Below, piece by piece: positions 18,940-31,282 of a DNA stretch of 64,000 nt. This DNA is from an uncultured delta proteobacterium (lineage in GTDB: Bacteria; Desulfobacterota; Binatia; Binatales; Binataceae). The DNA lies in assembly GCA_963765675.1 (NCBI GenBank), contig CAVXXK010000003.1, positions 384,001 through 448,000 of the forward strand. Direction: 5' to 3'. The translations under genes were made by a program, and so were the position numbers. Positions within the stretch are counted from its first letter, which is position 1. Every line of letters starts with the position of its first letter. The notes under the pieces were generated by a model. The model made no database searches. It was given only the letters and a program-made list of their open reading frames with translations, and was not told the origin of the DNA.

Positions 18940-20252
18940 GCGTTCGCTTCCGGGAATAATGCTCGTCTGCCGGTCTTCTCGAGAAAGTAGGGATAGACTT
19001 CGCCGATCAGGTACACGGAGCCTGTTACCAGCACGATTTGTGGCGACGCGGTTTCGCGGACTACTCGCTCGATAGCGTCGAGCGGGTCGGCGGCGATCCG
19101 GGTGGGTGCGTGGCGGGCGAAATTCGGCAACAGAGTCTCAGGCTCGATTGGATTTTTCCATCGCGCCCGCGTCAGCGTGACGTCGCTCACGCGCGGCGCA
19201 AGCATCGCGGCCATCCGCTCCCATTGCTTGCTCGCAAGGCATCCGAAGACCAGCCGCGGACGGATCTCCGGGCCGAGCTCTACGCTGATAGTTTCCAATA
19301 GCGCGGAGATCGCAAGCTCGTTGTGCGCGCAGTCGAGAATCACCGTGGGCTCGCGCTGCACGATATCGAATCGCCCGGGCCACTGGACCTCGCGCAGGCC
19401 GCGGCGGATCGCGTCTTCGCCGATCGCGATTCCCTGCGCGCCGAGCGCCTCGATCGTGGCGAGCGCGATCGCGGCGTTCTCGTGCTGGAAGGGGCCGGCC
19501 AAACCGAGCTCGACGTCCTTAAACTCGAGCGCCATCCCGCTGTAATCGAGGCGATGCGCCGGCGCGTGCGAGTGGAACGAGAAATCGCGATCGATCATGC
19601 GCACCGCGCTTTTGCGTTGGGCGGCTATCGAACCCAACGTGGCGCGCGCTTCATGGTCGCGCGCACCGATTACGACCGGAACTTCGGGCTTGATGATCCC
19701 GCCCTTTTCCGCCGCAATCGCGGGAATCGTGTAGCCGAGATATTCCATGTGATCGAAGCCAATCGGCGTGATCACGCTCAGGATCGGCATCACGACGTTG
19801 GTCGAGTCGAGCCGTCCGCCGAGCCCGGTTTCGATCACGGCAAGCTCGACCCGCTCCTCGGCGAAATACAGGAACATCATGGCGACGGTGAACTCGAAGA
19901 AGGTCAGCGCCAAGCCTGCCCGCTCGTAGACCGCGCGCAGGCTTTCGATATAGCCGAGCAGCCGCGCGGGCGGCATCTCGCCGCCGTCGATTCGGGTTCG
20001 TTCGGACAAATTCACGAGATGCGGCTTGGTGTAGAGGCCGGTGCGGATTCCGGCCGCGCGCAGGACCGCGTCAACCATCGCGGCGACAGAGCCTTTTCCC
20101 TTGGTGCCGGCGATATGGATCGCGCGGATGCGCCGGTGCGGATCGCCGATCAGCGCGAGCGCCGCTTCCATCCGCTCGAGTTTGTAGATCTCGCCGCGCG
20201 ACTGGAGCGAGTAGAGCCAATCGATAGTCTTGCTGAGCCGTGCTTCCATCAC
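18936..20252 (-). CDS. folC: Bifunctional folylpolyglutamate/dihydrofolate synthase
   Basis: HIAGTKGKGS, TFFE, ETGLGGRLDSTN, WPGRF, LDCAHN, TGSVYLIG. Confidence 0.95.
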   Translation of the reverse strand: MMEARLSKTIDWLYSLQSRGEIYKLERMEAALALIGDPHRRIRAIHIAGTKGKGSVAAMVDAVLRAAGIRTGLYTKPHLVNLSERTRIDGGEMPPARLLGYIESLRAVYERAGLALTFFEFTVAMMFLYFAEERVELAVIETGLGGRLDSTNVVMPILSVITPIGFDHMEYLGYTIPAIAAEKGGIIKPEVPVVIGARDHEARATLGSIAAQRKSAVRMIDRDFSFHSHAPAHRLDYSGMALEFKDVELGLAGPFQHENAAIALATIEALGAQGIAIGEDAIRRGLREVQWPGRFDIVQREPTVILDCAHNELAISALLETISVELGPEIRPRLVFGCLASKQWERMAAMLAPRVSDVTLTRARWKNPIEPETLLPNFARHAPTRIAADPLDAIERVVRETASPQIVLVTGSVYLIGEVYPYFLEKTGRRALFPEANA

Positions 20253-20300
20253 TGGACGGATTTTATAGCGCGTGCATGACTCTAGGAAGAATCGCCGCGC

Positions 20301-21443
20301 TCACGGCGCCTGGTTGCTGAATACGATCGTACCTGCCGCCGCGAACATCCCGCCGACGCCGTGCGCGATCGAGATCTTCGCGTTCGGTACCTGCGCGGGC
20401 GCGACTCCGCGCAACTGACGGATACTCTCCTGCATCGCGTACATCCCGTACATCCCGGAGTGCATGTAGCTAAGTCCGCCGCCGTTGGTGTTGAGCGGAA
20501 GCACTCCGCCTGGCGCCGTGTTGCGGTCCTGGATGAATGCGCCCGCCTCGCCGGGCTTGCAGAAGCCGAGATCCTCGAGACCGTAAAGCGGCAGATGCGC
20601 GAAGGCGTCGTAGATCATCAGGTGATCGACATCCTTGTGCGTGATTCCCGCCTCATCGAACGCCTTCTTTCCCGAAACCCGAAACGCCTTCGAGGTCGTG
20701 AAGTCTTCCATCTGCGAGATCATCGGCGTCTCGACGCTCTCGCCGGTGCCGAGAATGTAAATCGGCTTGCGCGGGAAGTCTTTGGCGCGCTTCGCCGAGG
20801 TCAGGATCAATGCACCGCCGCCGTCGGTGACGAGGCAGCACATAAGCAGGCGAAATGGATAGGCGATCATCCGCGAGTTCAGCACGTCCGCGACCGTGAT
20901 CGGATCGCGAAATGACGCGCGCGGATTTCTGCCGGCCCATTCGCGCTGTATGACCGCGACCATCGCGAGCTGCTCTTCGCTGACGCCATAGGTTTTCATG
21001 TAGCGCAGCACGGGAATCGTAAAGACCGTAGGTGGTCCCATCGTGCCGAACGGCGCTTCGAATTGTCCTGAGAGGCTCGCGGGTGAACCACCGCGCCTGC
21101 CCGTCCCGATATGCGAGCGCCCGCTTTCGCCGTGGGTGATCAGCACCGTCGAGCACAGTCCCTCGTTGATCGCAGCGGCGGCATGCCGCACGTGAATCAT
21201 GAAAGAGCATCCGCCGACCGAGGTGCCGTCCACCCAGCTCGGCGTGATTCCGAGATAGTGCGCGATCGCGGTCGGGGATTCGCCTGCGGTCGCGACGCCA
21301 TCGATATCAGAGGGTTTGAGACCGGCGTCAGCCAGCGTGTTGAGCGCGGCGTCAGCATGCAGTTGGATTTGTGAAAGATTCGGGATGAGCCCCATTTCGG
21401 TCGTCTCGGCCGCCCCGACCACCGCTACGGATTTGCGTTTCAT
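20301..21443 (-). CDS. Thiolase-like (SCP-x type) acetyl-CoA acetyltransferase
   Basis: CCLVTDGGGA, IYDAF, NTNGGGLSYMH, AHGVGG. Confidence 0.9.
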   Translation of the reverse strand: MKRKSVAVVGAAETTEMGLIPNLSQIQLHADAALNTLADAGLKPSDIDGVATAGESPTAIAHYLGITPSWVDGTSVGGCSFMIHVRHAAAAINEGLCSTVLITHGESGRSHIGTGRRGGSPASLSGQFEAPFGTMGPPTVFTIPVLRYMKTYGVSEEQLAMVAVIQREWAGRNPRASFRDPITVADVLNSRMIAYPFRLLMCCLVTDGGGALILTSAKRAKDFPRKPIYILGTGESVETPMISQMEDFTTSKAFRVSGKKAFDEAGITHKDVDHLMIYDAFAHLPLYGLEDLGFCKPGEAGAFIQDRNTAPGGVLPLNTNGGGLSYMHSGMYGMYAMQESIRQLRGVAPAQVPNAKISIAHGVGGMFAAAGTIVFSNQAP

Positions 21444-21444
21444 G

Positions 21445-21855
21445 TCAGGCTCCCACGGGTTTGAAAAGCGCCAGCGTGATGTCTTCGGTCTGCTTCTCGA
21501 ACACCGCTTCGAGCGGCATGTCGAGCACGAGGGCCGCGGGCGTCTGCGCGCACCCGATGATGTTGGTCATCATGCGCGGACCTTCGGCCAGTTCGACAAC
21601 CGCGATCGCATAGGGCGGAGTGAAGCCGGGCGCAGGTCGATGATTGATCACGTAGCTATAGAGTTTCGCGCGACCGCTTGCCTTGAAGATCGAAACCTTG
21701 CGCGAGGCGCACTTCGGGCAGAACGGGCGCGGAGGAAAATAGACGTGACGGCATTCGTCGCAGCGCTGCAGGCGCAGCTCGCCGTGGCGCGTGCCCTCCC
21801 AGAAATGCAGGGTTTCGGGCGTTGGAATTGGCAGCGATCTTTTGAATTCAGGCAA
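21445..21855 (-). CDS. Zn-ribbon OB-fold (DUF35) protein, thiolase partner
   Basis: CDEC...FPPRPFCPKC, VELAEGPRMMTN; TTG start with GGAGG. Confidence 0.9.
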   Translation of the reverse strand: MPEFKRSLPIPTPETLHFWEGTRHGELRLQRCDECRHVYFPPRPFCPKCASRKVSIFKASGRAKLYSYVINHRPAPGFTPPYAIAVVELAEGPRMMTNIIGCAQTPAALVLDMPLEAVFEKQTEDITLALFKPVGA

Positions 21856-22096
21856 GGTACGACTCCTCCGGTGATGATGTCGTCCGGACCGAGCGCGAGC
21901 ATGCCGCATCCGGCCAGCGGTGTTTGCAATTTCTCAGTGTTACTAATTTCCTACTGCCACCCACGGCTCCATGCAACGCCGCGCGCCGCAACTACATCGA
22001 CGCTTGCGCTACGTCAGGCACGAGATCATATAGAAGAAAGGCTCCGCACGCAGATACTTCCACACACATAAACCTGCGCCCGCGCCAGGAGTGCCA

Positions 22097-25000
22097 ATGA
22101 ACGATCACGGCTACTATCATCATCCCGCGATCAGCGGCGACAAAGTCTATTTCGTGAGCGAAGACGATCTGTGGACGGTCGCCGCTGGCGGCGGAGTTGC
22201 GCGGCGGCTCACGAGCGGTCTCGGCGCGGCGTCGTATCCAGCGGTCTCCCACGACGGAAAACAGATCGCGTTCAGCTCGAGCGAGGAAGGCGTTTCCCAA
22301 GTCTACGTGATGCCTGCCGACGGCGGTCCTGCTCGGCGTCTCACCTACTCGGGCAAGTTCAGCCGCGTGATCGGATGGACCCCGCCGAACCATCGGCTGC
22401 CGAATCACATCATTTACACGAGTATCGAGGAGCAGCCGTTTCTTACGTTCAATCTGCGCCTTGTCTCGCATGAGCACGGCGCTTCGATCGCTTTGAATCT
22501 TGGCCCCGCGGAGTATTTCTCGATCGCGCCCGACGGCCGCGGAGCGGTGCTGGCGCGGCTGGCAAGCGAAGCGGCCTATTGGAAACGCTACCGCGGCGGA
22601 ACCGCGGGCGACTTGTGGATCGATCGAGACGGCGCGGGCGAATGGCGGCGGCTCGATCACACTCGAAGGAAATCCGTCGCGGCCGCTGTGGATCGGTACG
22701 CGAATTTACTTCATCTCCGATCACGAGGGGATAGGCAATATCTATTCCTGCACGCCGGACGGCAAAGACTTGCGCCAGCATACCGATCACGACGACTTCT
22801 ATGCGCGCAACGCCGCGAGCGACGGGCACCGCATCGTCTATCAGGCTGGTGCGGATCTGTTCGTGCTCGACCCCCAATCGGGCCACGCTGCGCAGAAGAT
22901 CGAAATCGAATATCGCAGCGCGCGAACGCAGCGTAACCGCAAATTTATCGACGCGGCGAAATATCTGGAATCGTACGCGCCGCATCCAAGCGAGGAATCG
23001 ATCGCGATCACCTCACGCGGCAAGATCGCCGTGCTCGGCAATTGGGAAGGACCTGTCCGGCAGATCGGCGAACCCGCCGCGGGGCGTCATCGCCTGGCGA
23101 CCTGGCTGCATGACGGGAAGCGCATCGTCAGCGTGTATGACGCCGACGGCGACGAAGCCCTCGCGATCCATCGCGTCGACGAACCCGCGGCGACCGAGTA
23201 TTTGCGCGGTCCCGAGATCTCGCGCGTGGTCCGGCTGAAGGCCTCTCCACGAGTTGATCAAGTCGCGTTCACGACGGTGCGCAATGAGTTGGTCCTCGCG
23301 GATTTTGCGGCAGGTTCGATACGGGTGCTTGATCGCAACCGGCACGCGCATATGGGCAACTTCAACTTCTCACCCGACGGGCGTTTTATCACCTACAACT
23401 GGGCGCCCAGCAGGCGCGCGACGATAATCCGGATCTGCAGGATCGAAGACGGCGCGACGTTCAACGTCACGCAGCCGGTACGCGAGGACTTTGCACCGGT
23501 GTTCGATCCGGAGGGCGCGTACCTGTATTTTCTCGGCGCGCGTGAATTCAATCCGGTGTACGACAAGCTGCATTTCGATCTGGGGTTTCCCAAAGCGATG
23601 CGTCCGTACGCCGTCGCGTTGCGCAAAGAAGTTGGATCGCGTTTCACGCCCACTCTCGCCCGGAAACCACGCGAGGTCGCGGAAGTCACGATCGATTTCG
23701 ACGGGATCGAGGACCGAATCGAAGCATTCCCGGTGCCGGAGGGAATCTACGAACAGATCGGCGCACTCAAGGGCAAGGTGATTTTCACCTCGCTACCGGT
23801 CGAGGGCAGCCTGGACAATCCTTCGATCCTCGCTCCGACCGAGGCACCGGAAGCCAAGGCTAAGCTCGAAGTCTTCGATTTCGAGACCAGGCAGCTCGAA
23901 ACCTGGGTCGATGGAATCACAAGTTTTGCTTTAAGTTTGGATCGCGAGCGGCTGGTGTATCGCGCAGGCAACCGCCTGCGGGCCATCAAGACTTCCGCGA
24001 AGCCTGATGCCGAAGCGGTGAAAGAGGAACCGGGCCGCAAGAGCGGATGGATCGATCTGAAGCGCGTCAAAATCTCGATCGATCCGCCCGCCGAGTGGCG
24101 GCAGATGTATCGCGAGGCGTGGCGGATGCAGCGCGAGCAGTACTGGATCGAGGACATGGCCGAGGTCGATTGGAAAGCGATCCACGATCAGTACCTGCCG
24201 CTGGTGGACCGGGTCGGCAGCCGGAGTGAGTTCGAGGACCTGCTCTGGGAGATGCAAGGAGAGCTGGGCGCGAGCCATGCCTACGCGTATGGCGGAGATT
24301 TCCGGAGGCCGCCGGCATACCCGGTCGGCTTCCTCGGCGCGGACATTTCGTGGAGTGAGAGCGCCTCCGCGTGGCAGATCACGCATATCGTGCGCGGCGA
24401 TCCGTCGGACTCGCGCAATCCTCCGCCGCTCATGCGGCCCGGGGTCAATCTCGCGGCCGGAGCGGCGATTATCGCGGTGAACAATCAGGCCGTGACGCGT
24501 GAGGTCTCGCCAGCTCAGTTGCTGGTACATCAGGCGAGCGCCGAGATCGTGCTGACGGTCGCCGACCAACCCGGAGGAGCGCCGCGCAACGTGCTCGTGA
24601 AGACGAGCGCCGACGACACGCTGATCCGCTACCGCGAGTGGGTCGAGAAAAATCGCGCCTGGGTTCATGAGAATAGCGGCGGGCGATGCGGCTACGTCCA
24701 CATTCCCGACATGGGGCCGTGGGGTTACGCGGAGTTTCACCGCCTCTTTCTCGTCGAGCTGGATCAGGAGGGCCTGGTGATCGACGTGCGCTACAATCGC
24801 GGCGGTCACGTGAGCCCGCTGTTGCTCGAGAAGCTCGCACGCAAGCGGCGGGCGTATAATCAGAGCCGATGGTTTGGCGTCGAGCCGTGGCCGCAGGACT
24901 CTCCGGCTGGCCCGATGGTCGCGCTTACAAACCAGCACGCCGGCAGCGACGGCGACATTTTCTCGCACGGATTCAAGATGCTGAAGCTCGGTCCCCTCAT

Positions 25001-25301
25001 CGGCAAACGGACTTGGGGCGGCGTGATCGGAATCTGGCCGCGCCATCTGCTGGCTGACGGCGGAATGACTACGCAGCCGGAATTCGCGTTCTGGTTCGAC
25101 GACGTCGGTTGGGGCGTCGAGAATCGCGGCGTTGATCCGGATATCGAGGTCGAGTATCCGCCGCACGACTACGCCGCCGGTCGCGACCCCCAGTTGGAGC
25201 GAGGACTGGCGGAGCTGATGAAGCTCATCGGTGATAGCGCGAAAACGCCTCAGTTCGAAGCGCGTCCCAGTCGCCTGCGCCGCTCACGCCGAACCGAATA
25301 A
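22097..25301 (+). CDS. Tricorn protease (S41), frameshift ~22655
   Basis: EDDLW, WKRYRGGTAGDLW, SDHEGIGNIYS, GYVHIPDM, AGSDGDIF, RTWGGVIG, VENRGVDPD. Confidence 0.93.
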
Positions 25302-25310
25302 TCGCAAGCG

Positions 25311-26195
25311 TTACTTTCGTCCGCTCCTGATTGCTTTCGGGCGCGTGAGAATCGCGAGCAGGCGGGCGAGGGTGAAGCGCATCTGATGGCGGGGGACGAT
25401 CGCGTCGAGCATGCCGTGCGCGATTAGAAATTCTGAGCGCTGAAAATTCTCGGGCAGCTCCTGATTGGAGGTCTGCCGGGTCACGCGCCGGCCGGCAAAG
25501 CCGATGAGCGCGTCAGGCTCGGCAAGGTTCAGGTCACCGAGCATCGCGAATGACGCGGCGACGCCTCCGGTCGTCGGATCGCAGAGCACCGACAGGTACG
25601 GCAGCCGCGCGTCGCGCAGGCGGGCGATCGCGGTCGAGACTTTCGCCATCTGCATCAGCGAGAGCGCTCCCTCCTGCATCCGCGCGCCGCCGGAGGCGCA
25701 GAACACGATCACGGGCAGCCCGCGGCGCGTCGCGAGGTTGAACAGCCGCGCGAGCTTCTCGCCCACCACCACGCCCATGCTGCCGCCCATGAACTCGAAG
25801 TCCATCACGCCGATTGCGACCGGGCGATCCTCGATTCTACCGATGCCGACCACGACCGCATCGTTGCGTCCGCTCGCCTCGCGCGCCTGCCGCATCCGTT
25901 TCGGATACGGCTTGGAATCGACGAACCCAAGCGGATCGCCGATCGCCAGGTCGGCGAACATCTCGTGCCAGCTCCCGCGATCGACAGTGATCGAGAGGCG
26001 CTGGCTGACAGTGAGGCGAAAATGATGCCCGCACTTGGGACAGACGTTCAGGTTACGCTCGACTTCCTTGCGGAACGAGATTTCCTTGCAGGTCGGACAC
26101 TTGCTCCAGATGTCGTCGCTCGGAGTTTGCGCCGGCGCGGCGGCCGGCGGCGAGGATTGCGATTCGACGATGGGTTCGATTTCTTGGCTGGCCAT
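25311..26195 (-). CDS. accD: Acetyl-CoA carboxylase carboxyltransferase beta subunit
   Basis: WSKCPTC..VCPKC, FMGGSMG, SGGARMQEG, PTTGGV. Confidence 0.97.
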   Translation of the reverse strand: MASQEIEPIVESQSSPPAAAPAQTPSDDIWSKCPTCKEISFRKEVERNLNVCPKCGHHFRLTVSQRLSITVDRGSWHEMFADLAIGDPLGFVDSKPYPKRMRQAREASGRNDAVVVGIGRIEDRPVAIGVMDFEFMGGSMGVVVGEKLARLFNLATRRGLPVIVFCASGGARMQEGALSLMQMAKVSTAIARLRDARLPYLSVLCDPTTGGVAASFAMLGDLNLAEPDALIGFAGRRVTRQTSNQELPENFQRSEFLIAHGMLDAIVPRHQMRFTLARLLAILTRPKAIRSGRK

Positions 26196-26205
26196 ACGCC
26201 CTACT

Positions 26206-27048
26206 CTACTTCGACGCGCCGGTGTTTGCCGAGACGCCGCGCGCACCGCGCATCGCAGTTTTCATCGCGCCGACGAGATCGCCGATCGCGCTGATCATTC
26301 CGTTTTGTCCGTGCTGTTCCGCCAGCATCGAGATCGCGCTTCCGACCACGACCGCGTCGGCAAACGAAGCCACGCGTGCGGCCTGCTCGGGCGTCGAGAT
26401 GCCGAAGCCCACACCGATCGGCAAATCGGTGACCTGGCGCAGCGCGCTTATGTGCTCGGCGAGGTCGTCGGGCAAATGAGCACGCGCGCCGGTCACGCCC
26501 GTTACCGATACGTAATAGAGAAAGCCGCTGGCGCGCGCGGTAATTTTGCGATTGCGCTCGAGCGGCGTCGTCGGCGCGAGCAGATAGATCAGCTCGAGGC
26601 CATTGGCCCGCACGGGTTTCGCGAGCGGCGCGCTTTCCTCGGGCGGAAGATCGACCGCCAGGATCCCGTCCACTCCGGCGCTGGCAGCGTCGCGCGCGAG
26701 CTGCTCGCATCCGTAGTGCATGTATGGATTGTAGTAGCCGAACAGGATGATCGGAATTTCGGTTTCTTTGCGCAGCTCCGAAACCATCGCGAGTATCGCG
26801 GCGAGCGACGCGCCGGTCTTGAGTCCGCGAGCGATCGCGCGCTGATTGGCGGGCCCGTCGGCCATTGGATCGGAAAACGGCACGCCGAGCTCGATCAGGT
26901 CCGCGCCGCGGCGTTCGAGTTCAAGCACCAGGCGCTGCGTGGTTTCCATGTCAGGATCACCGGCTACGATAAACGGAATCAGCGCGGCCTCGCCGCGCGC
27001 GCGAAGCTCGCGGAACTTGGCCGCGATTCTTTTCGGATGACGCGCCAT
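26206..27048 (-). CDS. trpA: Tryptophan synthase alpha chain
   Basis: IELGVPFSDPMADGP, YYNP, GVTG, VGFGIS. Confidence 0.97.
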   Translation of the reverse strand: MARHPKRIAAKFRELRARGEAALIPFIVAGDPDMETTQRLVLELERRGADLIELGVPFSDPMADGPANQRAIARGLKTGASLAAILAMVSELRKETEIPIILFGYYNPYMHYGCEQLARDAASAGVDGILAVDLPPEESAPLAKPVRANGLELIYLLAPTTPLERNRKITARASGFLYYVSVTGVTGARAHLPDDLAEHISALRQVTDLPIGVGFGISTPEQAARVASFADAVVVGSAISMLAEQHGQNGMISAIGDLVGAMKTAMRGARGVSANTGASK

Positions 27049-28254
27049 TATGCGACCTCCCTGAGTGACACGCCGAGAGCGCGCGCGACGGTGCTCATAT
27101 CCTTGTCGCCGCGTCCCGACAGGTTGACGATAATCACCTGCTCTTTGGGAAGCGTCGGCGCGAGCTTGGCGGTGTAGGCGACTGCATGCGAGCTTTCGAG
27201 CGCGGGAATAATTCCCTCGGTCTCGGACAGGAGCCGAAACGCGTCGAGCGCCTCCGCATCTGTAACGGCAGCATACTCCGCGCGGCCGATGTCCTTCAGA
27301 TGCGCGAGCTCGGGACCGACGCCCGGGTAATCAAGTCCCGCCGCGATCGAATGCGTATCGCGAATCTGGCCGAGCTCATCCTGCAGGAGCAACGTGCGGT
27401 TCCCGTGCAGGACGCCCGGCGTGCCGCTGGTCAGCGTCGCAGCGTGGCTGGGACCGTTGAGGCCAAGCCCGCCAGCCTCGACGAAGATCATCCGCACGTT
27501 CTTGTCCTTGATAAACGGATGCATCAGCCCGATCGCATTGGAGCCTCCATTGACGCAGGCGATGAGAACATCGGGCAGACGTCCTTCGTGCTTGACGATC
27601 TGCTTGCGCGCCTCGCGTCCGATCACGGTCTGGAAGTCACGCACGATCATCGGGTAGGGATGCGGTCCAGCGGCCGATGCCGATCAGGTAATAGGTGTCG
27701 CGCACGGTCGCGGTCCAATCGCGCAGCGCTTCGCTCATCGCGTCTTTAAGGCTCTTGGTTCCGGAATCAACCGCGTGGACTTTCGCGCCCAGCAGCTTCA
27801 TGCGAAAGACGTTGAGCGCCTGACGCTCGACGTCGACTGAGCCCATGAAGACCTCGCACGAGCGCTGGAACAACGCCGCGAAAGTCGCCGTCGCAACGCC
27901 GTGCTGGCCGGCTCCGGTCTCGGCGCTGATGCGCTGCTTCTTCATGCGCACCGCGAGGAGCGCCTGGCCGAGAGCGTTGTTGGCTTTGTGCGCGCCGGTG
28001 TGGCACAGGTCCTCGCGCTTGAGATAAATTTTCGCGCCGCCCAGTTTCGCAGTCAGGTTCGCGCAGAAGAACAGCGGCGTCGGACGACCGATATACTCGC
28101 GCGAATATTTTTCCAGCTCGGCGTGAAATTTCGGATCGCGCCGCGCCTCCTTGTAGGCCTGTTCGAGCTCGAACAGCGCGGGCATCAGGGTTTCGGCGAC
28201 AAACTTTCCGCCGAATTCGCCGAAGTGGCCGTGAGTGTCAGGAGATGCGGGCAT
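27048..28254 (-). CDS. trpB: Tryptophan synthase beta chain, frameshift ~27680
   Basis: [23 protein letters not shown], then [33 protein letters not shown]. Confidence 0.95.
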
Positions 28255-28849
28255 TTGCGATGAAGCTCCTCAGTTTAGAGTGATCTTTTTCGCCCGGCGC
28301 CGATTCGACGCCGCTGGCGCAATCGAGCGCAAACGGTAAGAGGGCCGCCGCGGCGCGCGCGTTCTCCGGGGCCAATCCTCCCGAGATAATCACGCGCGAC
28401 AAATCGAGTCCGCAAGCTCGTCGAACGGGCGCGCGACTCCGGTGCCGCCGTAGAGCGATGGATGAAACGAATCGAGCAGCGCGAAGTCCGCGCGAACTTG
28501 CGCCAGAGCTGCGGCCGCGTCGCCGGCGCGCAGGCGGATCGCGCGAATGACCGGGACCGGCCATCCTGAAAGCGCCTCCGCGTCTTCATCACCGTGAAAC
28601 TGGAGCATGTCGAGCGCGAGCGCGGCACGGCGCTCTTCGATAAACGCGCGAGCTCGCGTTGACGAAGACGCCGACCAAAATCGCGTGGCGGCCGATCGCG
28701 GCGCGAATCGCGAGCGCGCGTTCCAGATCGATCGAACGCGGACTCGGCGCATAGAAATTTATCCCGATCATATCGGCACCCGCGTTGATCGCAGCCGTCG
28801 CGTCCTCGACGCGGGTGACGCCGCAAATTTTTATCCGCACCGTCATCAC
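28238..28849 (-). CDS. trpF: Phosphoribosylanthranilate isomerase, two frameshifts
   Basis: IKICGVT...VGVFVN / LQFHGDE...LLDS..YGGTG / SGGL.PEN...[10 protein letters not shown] in three frames. Confidence 0.9.
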
Positions 28850-29643
28850 GCATCGCTCCGTTCGCTGAGCGCATGCGTTAGCGCGCTCAGGCGCGCGCGA
28901 GGCGAATCGCCGCGCAACAGATTTTCGCCGATCAGAAAAGCCCGCGCGCCCGCGGCGTCGAGACGGCGAATATCGGCCGGACTGTCGATACCGCTTTCCG
29001 AAACTATCAGCGCGTCGCCGTGATAATCCGCCAGCAGTCGCTCGGTGACGGCGATATCGGTCACGAAGCTGTGCAAATCGCGGTTGTTGATTCCGACGAG
29101 GCGGGCGCCGATCCGCGCCGCATCATCCATCTCGCGCGCGTCGTGGACCTCGACCAACGCGGCGAGGCCGAGTGAAGCCGCAAGCACGTGAAGCTCGCGC
29201 AGCTCGGGCTCCGAAAGCATCGCGACGATTAGCAGGATACAGTCCGCGCCGGCCGCCCGCGCTTCGTACACCTGGTACGGATCGAAAATGAAATCTTTGC
29301 GCAGAATCGGGAGAGCAACGGCGGCGCGAGCGGCGCGCAGATCGAGAATCGAGCCCTTGAAATGGACGTCGGTAAGAACCGAGAGGCAGGCCGCGCCGCC
29401 GGCCGCGTATTCGCGCGCGACCGCGGCCGGATCGAGGTCGGGCGAAATATCGCCCTTGCTCGGCGAGGCGCGTTTGATCTCGGCGATGATCGCCGGACGC
29501 TTCGCCCGCAGCGCGGCAACGAAATCGCGCGGTGTGGACGCCCTCTCGGCGGCGGCTCGCACGGTCTCGAGCGGAACGCGAGCGCGAACCGCCGCTACTT
29601 CCTCCCGCTTGGCCGCGAATATTTTATCGAGTATCGAGCTCAT
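28846..29643 (-). CDS. trpC: Indole-3-glycerol phosphate synthase
   Basis: IAEIKRASPSKG, LRKDFI, GINNRDL, VSESGI. Confidence 0.97.
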   Translation of the reverse strand: MSSILDKIFAAKREEVAAVRARVPLETVRAAAERASTPRDFVAALRAKRPAIIAEIKRASPSKGDISPDLDPAAVAREYAAGGAACLSVLTDVHFKGSILDLRAARAAVALPILRKDFIFDPYQVYEARAAGADCILLIVAMLSEPELRELHVLAASLGLAALVEVHDAREMDDAARIGARLVGINNRDLHSFVTDIAVTERLLADYHGDALIVSESGIDSPADIRRLDAAGARAFLIGENLLRGDSPRARLSALTHALSERSDA

Positions 29644-30695
29644 CGCCGATGCTTCTCGGGTTCGCCGCCGCTCGTGCGAACCAGTTTGTCGATTGTAGCC
29701 AGGGCGCGGCGGGAATTGATCACCTCGCGCGCAATATGTACGCCCTCGCCGATCGAACTCGCTGCGCCACCGATATGAATCGCCGCGCCCGCATTGAGCG
29801 CCAACACGTCGCTCGCCGGCCCGCTGTTGCCCGATAGCGCGGCGCGCAGCATTTCCGCGGAGGCGGCGGCGCCCTCAGCACCGATAGAATTGAGGGCGGC
29901 GCGCGCGACGCCAAAGTCCTCGGGCGCGATTTCGTACTCGCGGATTTCGTGGTCCACGCGAACCTCGGCGACCATCGTCGGCGCCGAGAGTGAAATCTCA
30001 TCCAAGCCATCGCAGCCCGACACCACGATCGCGTGGACCGCGCCGAGCGCCGCGATCGCCTCGGCCATCGGGCGAAGCAGCTTGCTATCCCCTACTCCGA
30101 TCAACGCGCGATTTGGATCGGCAGGATTGCTGAGCGGGCCGAGCAGATTGAAAATCGTGCGCGTCGCCAGGGTGCGTCGCAGCGGCGCCAGCCGCGCCAT
30201 CACCGGATGATACGCGGGCGCGAGGATGAAGCAGATGGCCGCCTCCCGCACGCATCGCGCGAGAACCTTGGGACCCGGATCGATATTCACGCCCAGATGC
30301 TCGAGCAAGTCGGCGGCGCCTACTGTTCCCGTGATCGCACGATTACCGTGCTTGGCGACCGCGACTCCAGCCGCGGCCGCGACAATCGCGGCCCCGGTCG
30401 AGATGTTGAATGTCCCCGCGCCGTCGCCGCCTGTTCCGACTACGTCGATCAAATTGTCGCCGAGGTCGAGGGCGCGCGCTCGCGAGCGCATCGCGCGCGC
30501 CGCTCCGATCAGTTCGCCTGCGGATTCGCCCTTGAGCTTGAGCGCGATCAGAAACGCCGCGACCAACGCGTCGGGCGCGGCGTCGCCACCATCGAGAATT
30601 TCCGCGAACGCGCGCTCGGCGTCCGCAGCCTCTAGCGAGCGGCCGGCGATAACCGCATCGAAGGCGTGGCGCAGATCGCTCGTCTTCATCGACAA
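29640..30695 (-). CDS. trpD: Anthranilate phosphoribosyltransferase
   Basis: [36 protein letters not shown]. Confidence 0.96.
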   Translation of the reverse strand: MSMKTSDLRHAFDAVIAGRSLEAADAERAFAEILDGGDAAPDALVAAFLIALKLKGESAGELIGAARAMRSRARALDLGDNLIDVVGTGGDGAGTFNISTGAAIVAAAAGVAVAKHGNRAITGTVGAADLLEHLGVNIDPGPKVLARCVREAAICFILAPAYHPVMARLAPLRRTLATRTIFNLLGPLSNPADPNRALIGVGDSKLLRPMAEAIAALGAVHAIVVSGCDGLDEISLSAPTMVAEVRVDHEIREYEIAPEDFGVARAALNSIGAEGAAASAEMLRAALSGNSGPASDVLALNAGAAIHIGGAASSIGEGVHIAREVINSRRALATIDKLVRTSGGEPEKHRR

Positions 30696-31276
30696 AGTCC
30701 TTCCAGGAAATTTGCGAGCAGATGCTTTCCCTCCGGCGTGCCGATCGACTCGGGATGAAACTGCACGCCCTCGACGCGCAAAGTCTTGTGCCGTATTCCC
30801 ATCAGTTCATTCTCGGCGGTGCGCGCGCTGACCTCGAGGCAATCGGGCAACGATTCAGTCTCGACAATCAGCGAATGATAGCGCATCGCGTCGAACTTCT
30901 GCGGAAGCCCGGCGAAGATCGTGCGGCCGTCGTGAATGACCGGCGACGTTTTGCCGTGCATCAGGCGTCCCGCGCGGGCCACTTTGCCGCCGAATGCGTC
31001 GCCGATACATTGCATGCCGAGGCAGACGCCGAGAATCGGGACTTCGCCGCCGAGCTCGCGCACAATCGCGAGCGAGATGCCCGCCTCTTTGGGCGTACAC
31101 GGGCCGGGCGAGATTACGATCGCGTCGGGACGCATCGCGCGCGCGCCCGCCACATCGATCGCGTCGTTGCGCTTGACCGTCACGCCCGCGCCTAGCTCGC
31201 CGAGATATTGCACCAGGTTATAGGTAAACGAATCGTAGTTATCGATCATCAGGAGATTGATTTTATGATCCGGCAT
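30686..31276 (-). CDS. trpG: Anthranilate synthase component II
   Basis: [32 protein letters not shown]. Confidence 0.96.
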   Translation of the reverse strand: MPDHKINLLMIDNYDSFTYNLVQYLGELGAGVTVKRNDAIDVAGARAMRPDAIVISPGPCTPKEAGISLAIVRELGGEVPILGVCLGMQCIGDAFGGKVARAGRLMHGKTSPVIHDGRTIFAGLPQKFDAMRYHSLIVETESLPDCLEVSARTAENELMGIRHKTLRVEGVQFHPESIGTPEGKHLLANFLEGLCR

Positions 31277-31282
31277 CGCGGT

